A DNA stretch of 64,000 bases, from positions 4,340,001-4,404,000 of the forward strand of contig OZ281495.1 of assembly GCA_965637545.1 (NCBI GenBank). Reading direction: 5' to 3'. Under the pieces are notes generated by a model. It ran no database searches and had not been told where the DNA came from. It saw only the letters and a program-made list of their open reading frames with translations. The number at the start of each line of letters is the position of its first letter. Position 1 is the stretch's first letter. Positions 38,201 to 49,560 of this stretch are shown here, piece by piece. Source of the DNA: Phallusia mammillata. Lineage: Eukaryota. The translations under genes and the position numbers were made by a program.

Positions 38201-39264
38201 AATATGCATCCAGTTACTGGTCAGTTTGCAAGGTAAACAAAAAGTATAACCAACAAACCTTAAAACTGTTTCCGATCCGTATCCAAACTCCAAATCCTCC
38301 AAATCGGCACAAAACGTGGCGTCTGCGCAAGCTGAACTCTGGGTGTGGCTTACCGCAAACGTCATAATAAAACAAACATGCCCCTGCAACTCAGCTTGGG
38401 CGATCCCAGAATTCTGTCTGATGTAACAATTGGGATTGTTATGCGACAATCTATATCTTGCTGTGTTGCTAAAGCTTCACTAACAATGAAAACTTTTTCA
38501 CCGGTGATTTGTTCATTTTAATTATACTCGTATTTCTACCAACTCCCCTAATATTATGATGTATACTGTATAGCGTGCATAAGTCGCGTTGATGAGATCC
38601 AGCGTGATAAATGTGCATGTTTTTTTCTTCAAAAAATGCCACTGGCTCGTTTGGTTACAGTTCTAAGTCGCGACTGCCATACATTGCTGCTACGGATTTC
38701 GCTCTTAGAACGTAAAAGTAACATGTAGGATACTAACATCTGCCTTAAACTTCTGAAAAACTTTTCAATTTACGTTACATGGACTGCAGTTATAGGAAGG
38801 TTTGTTGTAAAAAGATGCGTTGTTTAAATACAAATATACTACCTGGTTTATTTGTCAGTATAGTAATCATTTATACTAGAGTAAATACAATTCCAAACCT
38901 CCAATGTCGTATTTCCACGGCTTGAACATATTTCCAAACCTTGACCGCAATGAAAACGGAAGAGAAATCCTAGCACCAAATGGTCTAAATCGCGTATTGA
39001 CCGCCTAATTGCAAGTTATTGCAGTACCCAAATTGTTTCAAACGATTAGCAATGTGTTACCGCGTCTTTTAAAATACCTTTGCGCATATACCCACCCTTG
39101 TGAGAACTGAGGGTTGGTATTTACACCAATACTATAGGACGGGTGGAAATTTGGTCTTAAAATGGTGTGAAATTACACCTTTTAAGCTGTACCACCCCAA
39201 TAGGTGGATCATACCACCTTTTATTTTCCCCACCCTTTGTTTTCCACCATTTCAATTTACAGTG
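35271..39264. mobile_element. CACTG-terminated (CMC/EnSpm-like) DNA transposon, about 4 kb, apparently non-autonomous
   Basis: Termini CACTGTAAAT ... ATTTACAGTG with a 2-bp TG duplication on both sides. CCACC/GGTGG-rich subterminal regions at 35300-35475 and 39140-39250. A paralogous empty site is at about 50601-50630 (GTTAAAGTGCAG..TAACTG). No intact transposase recognised. Confidence 0.75.
35555..37392 (-). pseudogene. Spliced, partly degraded transposon-borne gene (resembles the SAMD3-like accessory ORFs of animal EnSpm/CMC elements)
   Basis: Minus exons encode MEYHVTCGERKVILT...FSIQLYSQTFNDWVDVDNLTDLPESGKLIV, YPSPLQMRTVLMELVKAYPVLQD, LELAKPHPSHDLIEDCHKCTF and YLVFVGGKKLC...AVVAMICSYWLFDICFPKQL. 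The segment near 36570-36660 has stops in the frame I read. Family assignment is from recalled motif pattern, not a search. Confidence 0.55.
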
Positions 39265-40593
39265 TGCAAACAAAACTAAATTATAAGCTGAGTTATTGGC
39301 TTGGCGTATTTCTAATTTTGCTCATCCATGCCCTAAAACTGTTACATGAACAAAGTAAGATCGAATTATATCTAAACCTTGACCAAATACTTAACTTCCC
39401 GTGACATTTTATCCGTACATGCTGTTGTAGTGTTTGTACAAAACCCAGTCAGGTTTGACCTATCAGCTATAGCTGAACAAACCGACGTACTTCATTATCG
39501 GCAAAATGTGTGTTTGCTCAAGTGAAACAGTCAACATAGTTTGTATCGCAGTCTGTGCTAGCACGATGAAGTGAAACGGTTGACTGCTTTTTATGTTCAT
39601 TTGAAGCAACTGCCATTTTCATAATAACGTCTATTACAGCAGTTTATACAGTTAGTGTATGTCTAAAGATTCATGGTTTGAAATTTGAGCACGACTCTAG
39701 TCCTCATAGTGTCCTACACAACTAGCGGGTGAAGTTAAGAGGTTGGACAAAAATAGCTGTTGTATTTTGGTTATGTTGTAGGCGTTCAAGGACGTTTGGG
39801 TTCGCAGTGCAGTTACAATCAACAGAAGCAAAGTAGGAAACCCTAAGCGTTATTAAAAATAAAAAGGTCCGGTTAAATATATAAAAGAAATTTTAATATC
39901 ATCGTTTTTATTATCCACTTAGAAATATACAAATGCGATATGACATTAAAAGTAATTGTTTGGGTTTTGTGCGTACTCTTTAAAATAGGTTACAATAAGC
40001 CGCTGGGGAGGATTTACTCTGGCTGGTCTTCTGTTCTCATTAAAATGAAATTGTGGTTTTGTAAAAAGCCAATAAAGAAAAAACTAAGGATTTACGAGCA
40101 CCTTATTTAAAGTTTACAAGGAGATATCAATCTTTTCAACCTCATCGCACCCAAATGTGCTTAGTAACAGTTGTGGTGTAAACCCAGTTTAAGACTAATT
40201 TGCTTTAAAAAACTTAAGTTTAAAAACTTATAAGCAATTATTGCATATTGTTGTCTACTTTCGAAACTCCAGATCAAGTTTTAAACTCCAAATAGATGCA
40301 ACCGACAATATCTAGCTTTTTACACGCACAAATAGGTACGTTAAAACTGTTTGTTCTGGTATGTTGCTCTGTTGCAATAAGTTTGCCTCATAGCTAAAAA
40401 TAACTTTTGACATGCTAGTTAAAAAAACAACACTTACCACTACTTTCAAAGAGTCACAAATATTGCTAAAATGTTTGGCACTATCATTTGTGCAATAATT
40501 AGAGCTGTTGTTGGTATGTTGCAAAATCTTTAAGTTCATTTTAGTTTTAAATCCTTAAAAGTGAGAAAGCAAGAAAAATTTATGGATTTAAGC

Positions 40594-43500
40594 ATGCCAA
40601 TGTGGCTTGTAACACTTTTGTTATGTTTTGAAATATGTGCGGGAAACATCTTGATGGAAAGTAAGTGTGTTATTTCAAGAAATAACTTTTACAAATATTA
40701 CAGTTTTTGCCATGTGCTGTATTAATTGACTACTTTTAGTAAAAGCGATAAAAATACTAAATACATAAATGATAATTAGTATGTCATATATATGAAGTTT
40801 TTTCTTTTACTAAGGATTTGGATCAACGCGTATTTTTGCAGATTGCGATTATTTCAATCCCGAATTCTCACCGTTGGTTACAACTTGATTCGCTGACATG
40901 GACAGTTAATTATCCTAGTGGTGGCGCTGAAACGGCTACATATGCTAGATTTGGTGACCGTTTGTCTTCCAGTCCATTTCCTTCAGATTCAACGTTTACA
41001 ACAACATTGACACCGCAATCAAATTGTGTTACTTCTACATTTATGGCAAAACATCCTCTAAGTACATCTACAAACGGAATCAATTGGATATTGATTGTAG
41101 GCCCGCCATGTTTCGCTGTAACATGTACAATTGGCGGAGTTCTTAACGTTACAGGTAAACACGTTTAGCCACATTGAAACAGCTTTGTGCGTTTTGTAAA
41201 ACTACAAATGTACAGATTGCAACCAAATGTTACACAATGACGTAGTGGTGATTTCATCTGCGACCAGTTACAACTCAACTGGAACTTTCAGTTGTCCGAA
41301 TGATGGAAAACTTTTCTATACAAACGACACAAAATTAACAAACACTGAAACAGTTTGTTTACAATCCGCTCAATGGTTGGGTCAGGATGGATTGCAATGC
41401 TGGAATGGTATGAGGACTTGCAAATCGATTTTTCAAAATATGTTTCCATTTGTTTCCACATGCTGTAAAACGATACATAAAACTTTTTAGGTCCTGCACT
41501 ATAACCGACAAAACTAAATTATGTTTTTTTCTGATTGAACTCATCAAGGACAAGTTTACTCCTACGATTTCCTTGTTTAATTGTGTGATCAAGTTCCTAA
41601 TGCTAATAATATGTACTTGTACCATGATTATATGAAACTTACTATGTGGCAGTTTCCACTGATTAATGCAATGTTTAAATTAATTAAATATTTCCCGAAA
41701 ATCCTAATATTAGTTGTTATTATATATAATTCCAAAAAACAAATTTCTTTAAAGCCCCAGCAAATGTTCTATTGCACGACAATTCAACCTCTTGCAATTT
41801 GGTTAGTCAAACTTTATGTTTGTCGTGTTTATACAATGACACACTACCACAGGGAAGTCTGACAAACTTCTTCATTGTATCAAACGTTTTTACTGTTAAA
41901 AAGGTAACTATTTGTTTATAGTGAGGCACGACAGCATCGTAATTGGTGATTATTTTAATTTTTGTATGGCATATATCGGTGAGGCAAGTAGAGTTTAAAC
42001 ATAGGTTTGTATTCAACAGACTATAATTTACAATTTTTAATGTTTAACTACATGTAATTTTCGAGATGTTCTTCACATTTGTTTGCTTACAATACCATAA
42101 CTTTTGTCGTTTTCGAGTGTTTTGCAATATAAAATCGTTCCTTTAAAGGGCGAGGTGTTTTGCTTAACGCTACAAGAACAACACAATCAAATAAGCATAT
42201 CCTGCAAAGCTGTAACACCTTACACCCATATATATTCACAATATGGAAGGTCGAATCTGTGTTCGAATCTATGTGTTTTGTAAGTAAGTTTTTTGATCTT
42301 TATCTGCCGTTGTTTATGTTGACCAAATTTCAGCGAAACCTGAAAATGTCGAAACGTCACTTGAAACATCAAATGACGTCATAAAATATGGTCCGACGTT
42401 CTTTCTCAATTCTTTCCAAACTGTTCCGCTCCATTGCACAAGTGATGTTGATTATTCTCGCTGCTTTTGGAGTTTCAATGGAACCCAGTTTTCATCGTTA
42501 TGTCACACCACACAATACTTTAGCCAATCAGGATTCGTTATATGTCATGTTTCAAATTGTGCCGGGTCAAAGACAAGTGTTTCCACGGAAATAGTGGTGG
42601 TGCATTTAAGTAGGTTTTTGTTTGTTCCACTTCTAACTACTACAATGTGGTAGTTCGAATGGTTAACTTGACACGGTTTAGAGCGATAAATACAAAATTT
42701 GGCAAGTTTTATACATCAACATATGTAATACTTGTTTTCTGCAGGGTACACAACCATCAAAGAAACCGGACCGGTTGTGGAGGGGGAAAACTTGACCTTG
42801 AGTTGTAGCATCGATTATAGCGTTGAACTCAATGCAACGTTTCAATGGACTACTCCTAACAACATCAATTTGTTTAATAGTTCGACAATTACCGTCTCAA
42901 ATGTTACCCGCTTTGAAAAAGGAAATTATACTTGCGCCACAAGTGACTTGTTTCAAACTTCATCTGCCAGTGCTATATTCAATGTGCTATGTAAGTATAA
43001 TATAAGTTTCTCCAATGGAAAAACATACATTTGAGGAACAAATTCGATTCAACAATTCTTACAGACAAACCTTATGATATAATTATCGCCCCACTTGTGT
43101 CAAGCGATATTGTTCACACCGGTTCACGCTTGCTTCTTAATGGAAATCAAGAGGTGACGTTGTATTGTGTAAGCGATGCTAATCCACAAGCTAACTGCAC
43201 ATTTTACATCGACAACAAAAGTGAAACGTCATGCAGCATAACCCAAAATGTTAGCTCGGATCAATCAGTAGGATGCGCTGCTTCCAATACTTATGGACAT
43301 GGGGAATCCCAATCACTGCAACTAGTTGTAGTTGAGGAAAATGATAGTATGTCATCTCTTACCATGAGAAGTAAAAAAGTTTACCAATACCATGTCTTAC
43401 TTTTACAGAGATTTCGGATATACAACTTGATTCAAGTAGCAATGGACAAATTATTGCTGGTGATGAAGTAACTTTGAACTGCAGTGTTTTGTATCAAAAT

Positions 43501-45360
43501 GATTTAATGACGTCATTTCTATGGGAAATTCCCTCACATGACCGTAACGTCAATCTGAACAGAGCGTTGGTAGAATTACACAATTTGACTGGTTATGATT
43601 GGGGGAATTATTCATGCACGACCAGCAATACGTTTGGGAGGTCAACAAGTGTACTCTTTCTAGATGTTTGGTGTAAGTAAACATAAGTGGCAACAGCAAT
43701 ACTTTACTTTTTGGTTGATAAGCTTTCAAGCGTATTTTTTACAGTTGCACCAGTTCCACAATTTAGCAATGATGTTAATTGCAGTCATGATGATGTGGAA
43801 AGCGGAACTTGTATCTTTCAATTTTCATCCAATCCTTCGGCAGACTCATGGGCGTTGACAGCTAATGGTATTTGTGTTTTATGTTTTGCTTTCTTTTACG
43901 AACACGAAGTTTAGTTGTTTCAATGGTGAGCTTCAAAAAATTCTTTACTTTATTTAATAAAACAGCCTTTAATGTGTTTTTTTCGCAGGTTCTGCAGTTT
44001 CTTGTCCGTTTTGTAGCATTTCGTTCGACAGCAAGATTTTCCAAACTTTTCACCTGAACATGGTGCGTATACCAATAACAAAACAACGGCTAATCGCTAT
44101 ATGCTGGTTATTTTTAGTATCCTAATGTAATGTTATGTAAATAACAGACAGATGGATGTTCTTTAAGTAGATCAGCTAACTATAGGCTAGTCTCATGATT
44201 CTTTTCTGCATCTAAAGAAAGCATCGGTTGGGGCAGCGGTTCTTTTACTGGGCTCCGCGGTCCTTTGGGAATCCGTAAAGCAATTTTGCGGGGACCGCGA
44301 AAAGGTTAAAGTACTTCTATAAACTTACGCGTAATTGTTCTACCTAATAACTGCAACTTAAGTTTTGTTTTCCTAAGATACACATGCCAGCTAACGACCG
44401 CCAGCCCTTCATATAATGGCAAAGCGACCGATTAGGGCAAAATAATGAAAAAGTTTAAGAACCACTCGGTGAGAGACACCTTGACGAAAACATGTTTGAA
44501 ATAATCCGACAAATTTCGACTTGTTTCAGTCAACCACGCGCGATGAAACATTTGAGCTAACTATTACATCCACATATTTTCCTCATGCTTCACTTACTGC
44601 ATATATTTACGTCTCTGGGAATCCAACACCACCAGGCACTGGTAATCAATCAGCGATAATAGCTGCAAGTGTTGTTGGAGGCATTGTGTTCGTTGCTGTG
44701 GTGATTGGTGCTGTACTTTTGTACCGACGAAATTACACCTCGAAAAAATCGGGTAAACTATTTCTTAGCACACGCAGATGAACTTGTGAGAGACCTAATG
44801 TTTGAATTTGGCATTTCTGCCCCTACTAGTTCCCGATGTAAAATATGGATTTTGATTACGTTAAATTTAAGGTGAAATGGATTGTTTCTTTATGCCATTG
44901 TTTTTTTTCGTGCGTTTCGAAGTTTTGTTATGTTTCTTGAGGTTTTGTAGATGAATCAAAAAAGTTTGTCTTTTCAAACACACGCAACAAGTTTAGATCA
45001 GAAAAATAACTGCATACAATGCGTTTCAGGAGGAACTGACAATCAAGATGTGATTTACATTAACACAACAGAGAACAGACGACCAAATACATCAGCTATT
45101 GATAATTTACAATCACCAGAACACGAATACCCAGACGACCAAAGCCACATATATGTGAACGATGGTAAAATCTAATGAAAAACTCGCATAAAGTTTGGAT
45201 GATTTTACTTTTTGCATTTTGTAGTCGAGATGCCAGGACCAAAATACGAAACAGTTTCACTTTCTCCAAACGATAAAACTATGTATGGTGAGTAAAAGAA
45301 TGGTTAAACTTTGTTTTTGTAACCAACTTTTTCGTTGTTTTTGCAGCAACGGACATCTAA
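40594..45360 (+). pseudogene. Receptor F: full-length architecture (5 Ig) with two frameshifts
   Basis: All family exons are present, from signal exon 40594-40660 to terminal ATDI* at 45360. Exon 2 is 313 nt (not a multiple of 3; deletion near 40885 gives TGA). The second half of Ig2 (42149-42279) is 131 nt vs 130 nt in A, B, E and H. TM is AIIAASVVGGIVFVAVVIGAVLLY. Tail has VIYIN, HEYPD, HIYVN, PKYETV and MYATDI*. Confidence 0.8.
44234..44467. mobile_element. hAT-like MITE in an intron of F; related copy at about 55576-55700 in the same intron of H
   Basis: Termini CAGCGGTTCTT ... AAGAACCACTC. The internal CGGTCCTTTGGG(A/G)ATCCGT is shared with the H copy. TSD is degenerate. Confidence 0.55.
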
Positions 45361-47112
45361 ATTAAAAACTATTTCAACATCGCTGAAGATTTATTGGTAC
45401 TGGTTTTTGAGTTTATGGGGGCGTTTTTTTTCTTATTGAGACAAAGCAGAAAAAAAATCTCTAAAATTCAGAATTATTGGAATTATACCGTGTTTGTAGT
45501 TACAGAAAAATGCTGCTCCTATTTGTTTATTTTCAATTTTTCCCGTGTAATATATATTTTAATTTCCAAAAACAAATTAATGATCATTTTGTAAGAATTA
45601 ACACTTCATCATCTTGAAAATTGTATTTTTTTGCTATTTGTTGTCGCAAAACAAACTTGTCAATAAAATAAATCACTAAATAATACCTTTTAAACGTCCA
45701 TCTTCTAACCTACGATTCCAAATTCTTTGAAAACAGGGCTGTCGTTAAGACTGATGAGCGACAATAAAAATACAGTTCTATAACGCTTTGCAGGTTATCG
45801 AAAACGATTATTATTGCCTGCGCTTTGTAAAATTGTCTACAGTTAATAATTGCTTAGCTTAAGATAATTTTTTTGTAAAAGTGTACAAGACCATGTTACG
45901 GCTAGAATTTGTTTGTATGTTCCTTCTTTCTCTGTTTATATTTCACGTCAGTAATCTGACTTCATTTACTGTAACGTAACAAAGCGCCTGCCATGATTGG
46001 TTTGAAATATCCAAACTTAACAATGTGTAAGGTGTCATTAGAGGTGCAATCTTGCAATCTTGTGCTGGTCACGTTTTACAGTTTCTTTCTGAGTTTTGAG
46101 CAGACTATTTTGGTAGTTGGTCAGTTTGTGGTTGATCCAATTTTGTTTTGTAAATACGTATGTTTTAACATTAGTGTTTTATGTGCAGCTGTAAAAATAT
46201 GAAAGTTAGGGTAAACGTAAAATGCTGAAACGTCGGTAAATGTGTCTGTCATTAACCTGGATTTCTAACAAGTTGTTACGTATTTCATTGTGTTTAATTG
46301 TATTAGATAAATGTCGTGGTAGTATTTTTGCATGAGTTAAGAGTTAAGAGACTTTCTGAAGGTGACTTATTTCTTGCTTAAGTTAATCGGTCATTTTGTG
46401 TGTATGTTACTAGCCATTTGTGCCACCTTTTCTGTTCGATTTAACAGAGAACCAATGCTGTTGTGCAACCGAGAAGGAATTTGTAGAAGTCAGGTAGAAA
46501 GTACGCGTTCAAGGCAAATTAGGAAACCCCTAGTTCGGCGATCAGTGCAGATTCAGGCTGTACAGATTTTTAAATAAAATTCGGTCGCTACAACAATCAA
46601 ACTACTATCGTGCGAAGGTTTTACAACTTACACCGAAGAATATTTACCCAATATTACTAGCTTAGTCGTTTTTTAGCTTAGTCGTTTGTTACTTTTTTCA
46701 GGAGGTTATTGTGATATTTTTACTTTAGCGGGACCTACAAAATTGAAACAGAAATTTAAGAGCCAGGATGTTGTACAAACAAAGAATAAATTTCGTACGC
46801 GTAGGCCAGGTCACCGAACCATCTGGAACACTTCGCAATCAAACAACATCTGCCAACACAGTAATAACGCATCGCTATGCCAACATTTGATTCACGCAAA
46901 AAACGTCATTGCAGAAGCTTTGAGGTGACCGTTCTAAAAAGCCTTTTGTTGAAACCCTACCCTTTTAACTACTTTTTAACTATATCAATGTGAACTTAAA
47001 TAAAAAGGAAATCAAAAAACTATTGAAAATCAGAAAAAAACTTTGCGTTTCATAGATGTCCCGGTTCACATTTAAAAATATTTATTAACGTCCAGCCTTG
47101 AAGCGTTCACCT

Positions 47113-47209
47113 GCAACATCTTGTCGTGGGTTTGGAAAATGTGGACCAGCAACATCTTGTCCTGGGTTTGGAAAATGTGGACCAGCAACATCTTGTCATG
47201 GGTTTGGAA
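47113..47209. repeat. 36-bp minisatellite, about 2.7 copies
   Basis: Unit GCAACATCTTGTC(G/C/A)TGGGTTTGGAAAATGTGGACCA starting at 47113, 47149 and 47185. Confidence 0.9.
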
Positions 47210-48039
47210 TTTGGGTTTAAATGTTGCTTTTAGTTTAATTCAATATCATGTTTAAAGTAAAACATTTTGGGGTATTTTTTTAGTATTGCTAGCAGCTTAG
47301 TTTTAAAGTATATATTTTTACCCAAACAACCTCTGATAGGGAAAAGAATAAACATTTAAACTGAATGATCGCTGCTCTCCAATAAATCTAATTCCGTTGA
47401 TCCTTCCGGTAATAAATAAAGTGAGGGTAAAGTCCTTAAAATGACGGACAATAGTTTTCTTTTCAGATAAATTTTAGTTTTCGGGTGTGGTATACACTTA
47501 TAAAAGTTTAAAACACTGAAGTGTAGATCCAGAACAAAATGATCGTTAATAAATATCCACAGTGATAACGTGGGTTCTAGTAAGAGTGCGTTTAATACAT
47601 TCTCTTGAAATGCATCTCGTTAAAATACAAGTTTATCACCTCTTTTCCGTGCCTAATCTCATGCTGTCGAATGTTTGTAATCAATAAACAAAAATAGGTT
47701 AATTAGTTTTCCTCCATGATCAACGCAAACATTTTTGTAATTACTTTCTTTTCGTGTGTTTGCTTCGCCAATCAATTAACTTCACCACACGGCCGTGTCG
47801 CAAACGGTATCAGCATAATTGACAAAAAATGTATTTGTCAGGTGGATTGTCAACCCTCTTAAACGCATGGGTACAAATTAGCTGCTTAACACCCCCGCAA
47901 TTCTAAGGTTTTGCAGCCAATGTTAACAAGTAAGTTTAACGTGATTTTTTTGCTTTGTGTTGTAAAGCATGACAATTGTAAATATTATGTTTTCTAAGCG
48001 TGTAAAGTCGGAGCTTTTGAAATCATTTTGCAGGCTGAA

Positions 48040-49560
48040 AAGACCAAGCTTGTCTTTCAGTTTTTATCTAACCCTTTGGTAGATAAATGGACATTAGCAT
48101 CAAATGGTGAATATCGCTGTTCTGCGTTTCAGTGTCAAGATTGAATTATTTCAAAATATCATTTTAAAAATATAATTTATACTAAGTAAATTTAACTTTC
48201 AAATTTTCTACTGCAGATTCCATAGCTTCATGTCCATCTTGTAGTATTTCTTTTACTGACAAAATTTCCCAAACGTTTCACCTGAACATGTTCGTATGCT
48301 AATTAGAACCTAAAGCGAAAGGTAATATGGTGTTGCAGTGTTTGCGACATTTACCACATAAAGCATGTCAAACCGCGTATATCGTCCAATCGATTGTTTG
48401 AATTTCTTTAACGAATTGTCGTAGTTTCTATTTTGTTTGCTTTTCATGTACTACATAGGCAAGAAGTCATAATTCAGATCTTATAATACCGACTCATTTT
48501 AACTGAGCAGATAAATTGGTTATTTTTTAACTAAACTAATGTATTATTGGTTTACTACCAAGCACGTGTAAGATTGGTGCAGTAAGGGTCCTTTCGACTC
48601 GATTCAGCCACACGCGATGAAATATTTGAGCTAACTCTTACATCCACAAATTTTCCTGATGCATCACTTACTGCATATATTCACGTCTATGGGAATCCAA
48701 TCCCACCAGGCATTGGTAATCTAACAGCGATAATAGCGGCAAGTGTTGTCGGATGCGTTGTCTTCGTTGCCGTCGTAATTGGTGCAGTGCATTTCTACCG
48801 ACGAAATCACACCTCGAAAAAATCAGGTAAACTATTTTTTGTTAGTAGACACAGATGGACAAAACTTGTTCGAGACCTTATGATTGAATTTGACCATTCT
48901 GTCCTTGCTAGTTCCCGATGTGAAATACGGATTTTGATTACGTTGAATTTTATGTCAAGCTGATTGATCAATTTCTGCATGCCACAGTTTCTTTTCGTGT
49001 GACTTAACGTCTTGTTGTTTTTCCTGAGGTTTTGTAGATGAATCAATGTGGTATTATTCTTCAAACACATGTAACAAGTTACGAACAGCAAAATAACTTA
49101 ATACATTTCGTTTCAGATGGAACTGACAATCAAGATGTTATTTATATAAACACACAAACAGGGAATAGAGGGAATACTATTATTGATTTACAATTATCAG
49201 AACACATAAACCGAGAACATGCAACCAACATATAAGTAAACGATGGTAAAATAAAATGAAAAACTTGCATAACTTTGGATGAATTTACTTTTTACATTTT
49301 GTAGTCGATCCGCCAGGACCAAAATACGAAATACTTTTACTTCCTTCAAACGATAAAAGCATTTATGATGAGTAACAGATTGGTTAAACTTTGTATTTGG
49401 TTAAAAAATAAAAAGGGCTTTTTCTCCTTGAGACCAAGCAGGTATTTGACAAAAAAATATCTTTTGTTGTGTCAAATTCAGAGTTACCACAAATGTACCG
49501 CGTTTGTAGTTATACAAAAAATTACTGCTGCCTTTTGTTTATTTGCAATTTTTCCTGTAT
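48040..49560 (+). pseudogene. Fragment G: 3' half (membrane-proximal domain, TM, tail, 3' UTR) of an F-like receptor
   Basis: LVFQFLSNPLVDKWTLASNG remnant; CPSCSISF...FHLNM exon with a dead donor; TM exon at about 48610-48826 (AIIAASVVGCVVFVAVVIGAVHFY). Tail DVIYIN has TAA at 49233 replacing the Tyr of HIYVN. 3' sequence matches 45380-45780. Confidence 0.8.

Noticed and set aside
38171-38449. 92-aa ORF inside the CACTG element as the transposase
   Set aside because: No recognisable DDE/Tnp2 motifs in any frame I translated; at most a remnant.
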